This document shows positions 62,401 through 64,000 of a stretch of 64,000 nucleotides of DNA, one piece after another. The stretch is taken from the NCBI GenBank assembly GCA_051362555.1, contig CM120640.1, positions 18,662,001-18,726,000 on the forward strand, in the 5' to 3' direction. The notes beneath the pieces were generated by a model that was not told the origin of the DNA, searched no databases, and saw nothing but the letters and a program-made list of their open reading frames with translations. Position numbers and translations under genes: made by a program. Source of the stretch: Lingula anatina (Eukaryota > Animalia > Brachiopoda). Numbering within the stretch: the stretch's first letter is position 1; each line of letters starts with the position of its first letter.

Positions 62401-63906
62401 CCTCTTGGTCCATTTATACCATTGAATGGAAATCCCAGGCAGACAACTGCTGTTACAGACTCGACCAAGGATACCTGTATTTATGAGAGGATTGCATTTG
62501 ATAAATAAGGAGGGATAATGAATTGTTGTATCAAAATACCTGTTGGTACAACTTTAGCACTGACCAATCATTTAGCTCATTTTCAGTGTGTTATATAGAA
62601 ACAAAATAAAACTGTTATCCAAACATCATACAAAGTGTGCTCTCCCCCCCCCCCTCCCCAACACACACACACTCTTGCAAGTACTGCATTTATGAGTAAC
62701 AAACACATTTTTCATACTTACAAGTATAAAATCACAAAATCACTTACATGACATGCAACAAGTGCACCAATGTTCCACCCCAGCAAAACTATCGGTCTAT
62801 TAGAAAAGTGACTTTTCAGCTGGAAATGAAATCAACATGATGATTAATATATTTTTTTATCTGTGAAAATTTGTTAACATCCAAACTATTTCTAGTTAAT
62901 GCTTCCTTGCCAGCATATTTCTACATATCCTTTTACTCATGGTAACACATTTTTAAAAATACTTAATATACAAATAGTTTCAAGTCTTTAAGTCATAGAC
63001 CTGTGAGTTTGACCTAATGAAACAAAGATTAGTCAGACAGTTTCATGGGTAGTCCAATATATAACAATCTAACAGCTACCCACCTCCAGCACCTTGGTCC
63101 TGACTGCTCCTATCATGTGTTCCAGACACTGGGCAATCCCCACACCACTCCCACCATTCACTGTGTGAAGGGTGACTGGTATAACTTTACCCTGATTAGA
63201 CATCTGAGTGTTCCAGAATTTGTTACGCTTGGAGTTGGCTGCAGTGATATGTGTGGGTCCACTGGGGGCAATCAGGAGAAGTGGGTTTCCGGGAAGTTTT
63301 TTCTAAAAAAAAAAGTCCAAAGATTAGGTAACTGCAACTGAATTGGCACAACAAATTATACTTTGCAAATCAAAAGCAGCTTTGACAGATTTTGATCAAT
63401 CTGTTGACATATAAATAGATCATAATGCTAAATCCATATGAAAAAGTATAAAACATTAATGAAGACTTACTGGCTTGTGTTGTGACATGACACTAGAAAC
63501 AGGATCCCATGGGCGCTTTAACAGCAAGTTCAGTGCTTCAGCTGTAGTTGCGTTTGCCCTGCCACCAGTTGTAGATAAAGCTATCATCTTTTCTATCAGA
63601 GAGGGTATCTGAAAGACAATGCAATGATTTTATTTCATTTCTTGATTATGAAATAAACATCAAGTCAAATTTTGTTCATGGTTTTAAATTGACAACACTA
63701 GGGAGAAATAGTTTTAAAAATCATAAATACTGAGTTCACAACCTTAGTTAAAATGTTTTAATATGAAGATACAGAAAAAGTTACAGAGGAAAGAGACCAA
63801 CTACCTTAGATTTTAAGGTCTGAAGAATATCTAAATAAGCTGACAAGAATGACAGACTAAGGTGATCCACCAATACTCCATGTAACCACTGGGTTAATTT
63901 TGTGTC
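59464..63906 (-). CDS. KANSL3: KAT8 regulatory NSL complex subunit 3 (3' part; 5' exons beyond window)
   Basis: Exons ~63906-63805 ([13 protein letters not shown]...[11 protein letters not shown]), 63608-63471 (IPSLIEKM...LLLKRPWDP), 63302-63084, 62819-62748 ([17 protein letters not shown]), 62474-62400 (VVCLGFP), 62162-61941 ([19 protein letters not shown]), 61757-61560, 61262-61130, and an S/T-rich last exon 60884-59464. Confidence 0.93.
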
Positions 63907-64000
63907 CTGAAGAAATAAAAACAGTAACAAATACCAAGCAAAATATTATATTGCAAAAATAATTAATTAAGAAAAAATACTTTAAAACACCTTAAATAAG

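Noticed and set aside
62748-62819. Missing nucleophile Ser (GWNIG) in the KANSL3 hydrolase-like fold
   Set aside because: The degenerate elbow is normal for KANSL3 orthologs.
1-64000. CRISPR arrays, rRNA or tRNA genes
   Set aside because: No repeat-spacer array or recognisable structural RNA gene seen by eye; eukaryotic context.

Overview
AT-rich, intron-containing animal genomic DNA, probably from an invertebrate (lophotrochozoan-like; taxon not determinable here). The left half (1-34.8 kb) is a repeat-rich, minus-strand cluster of IgGFc-binding-protein N-terminal-domain (FCGBP-N) genes. Gene A (13158-19711) is an intact six-exon gene for an 801-aa type I membrane protein. Tandem duplicates B (22373-26931) and C (29533-33277) end just after a GIDNDCDGRIDE acidic repeat, so they would be secreted; B has a +1 frameshift and C has lost its exon-3 acceptor. 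The first two exons of a divergent fourth member D lie at 3925-4495. The cluster carries an intact L2/CR1-group LINE, a Tc1 element and nested Harbinger-type MITEs, and shows signs of gene conversion. The right half (35.7-64 kb) is a compact conserved block: an AKR1-type aldo-keto reductase (-) head-to-head with CDC23/APC8 (+), whose introns hold Ginger-like integrase and Crypton-like recombinase relics, then FAM184A/B-like (-) and the 3' part of KANSL3 (-). Exon boundaries were derived by hand from GT/AG sites and frame continuity. Family assignments rest on motif recognition, not database searches.
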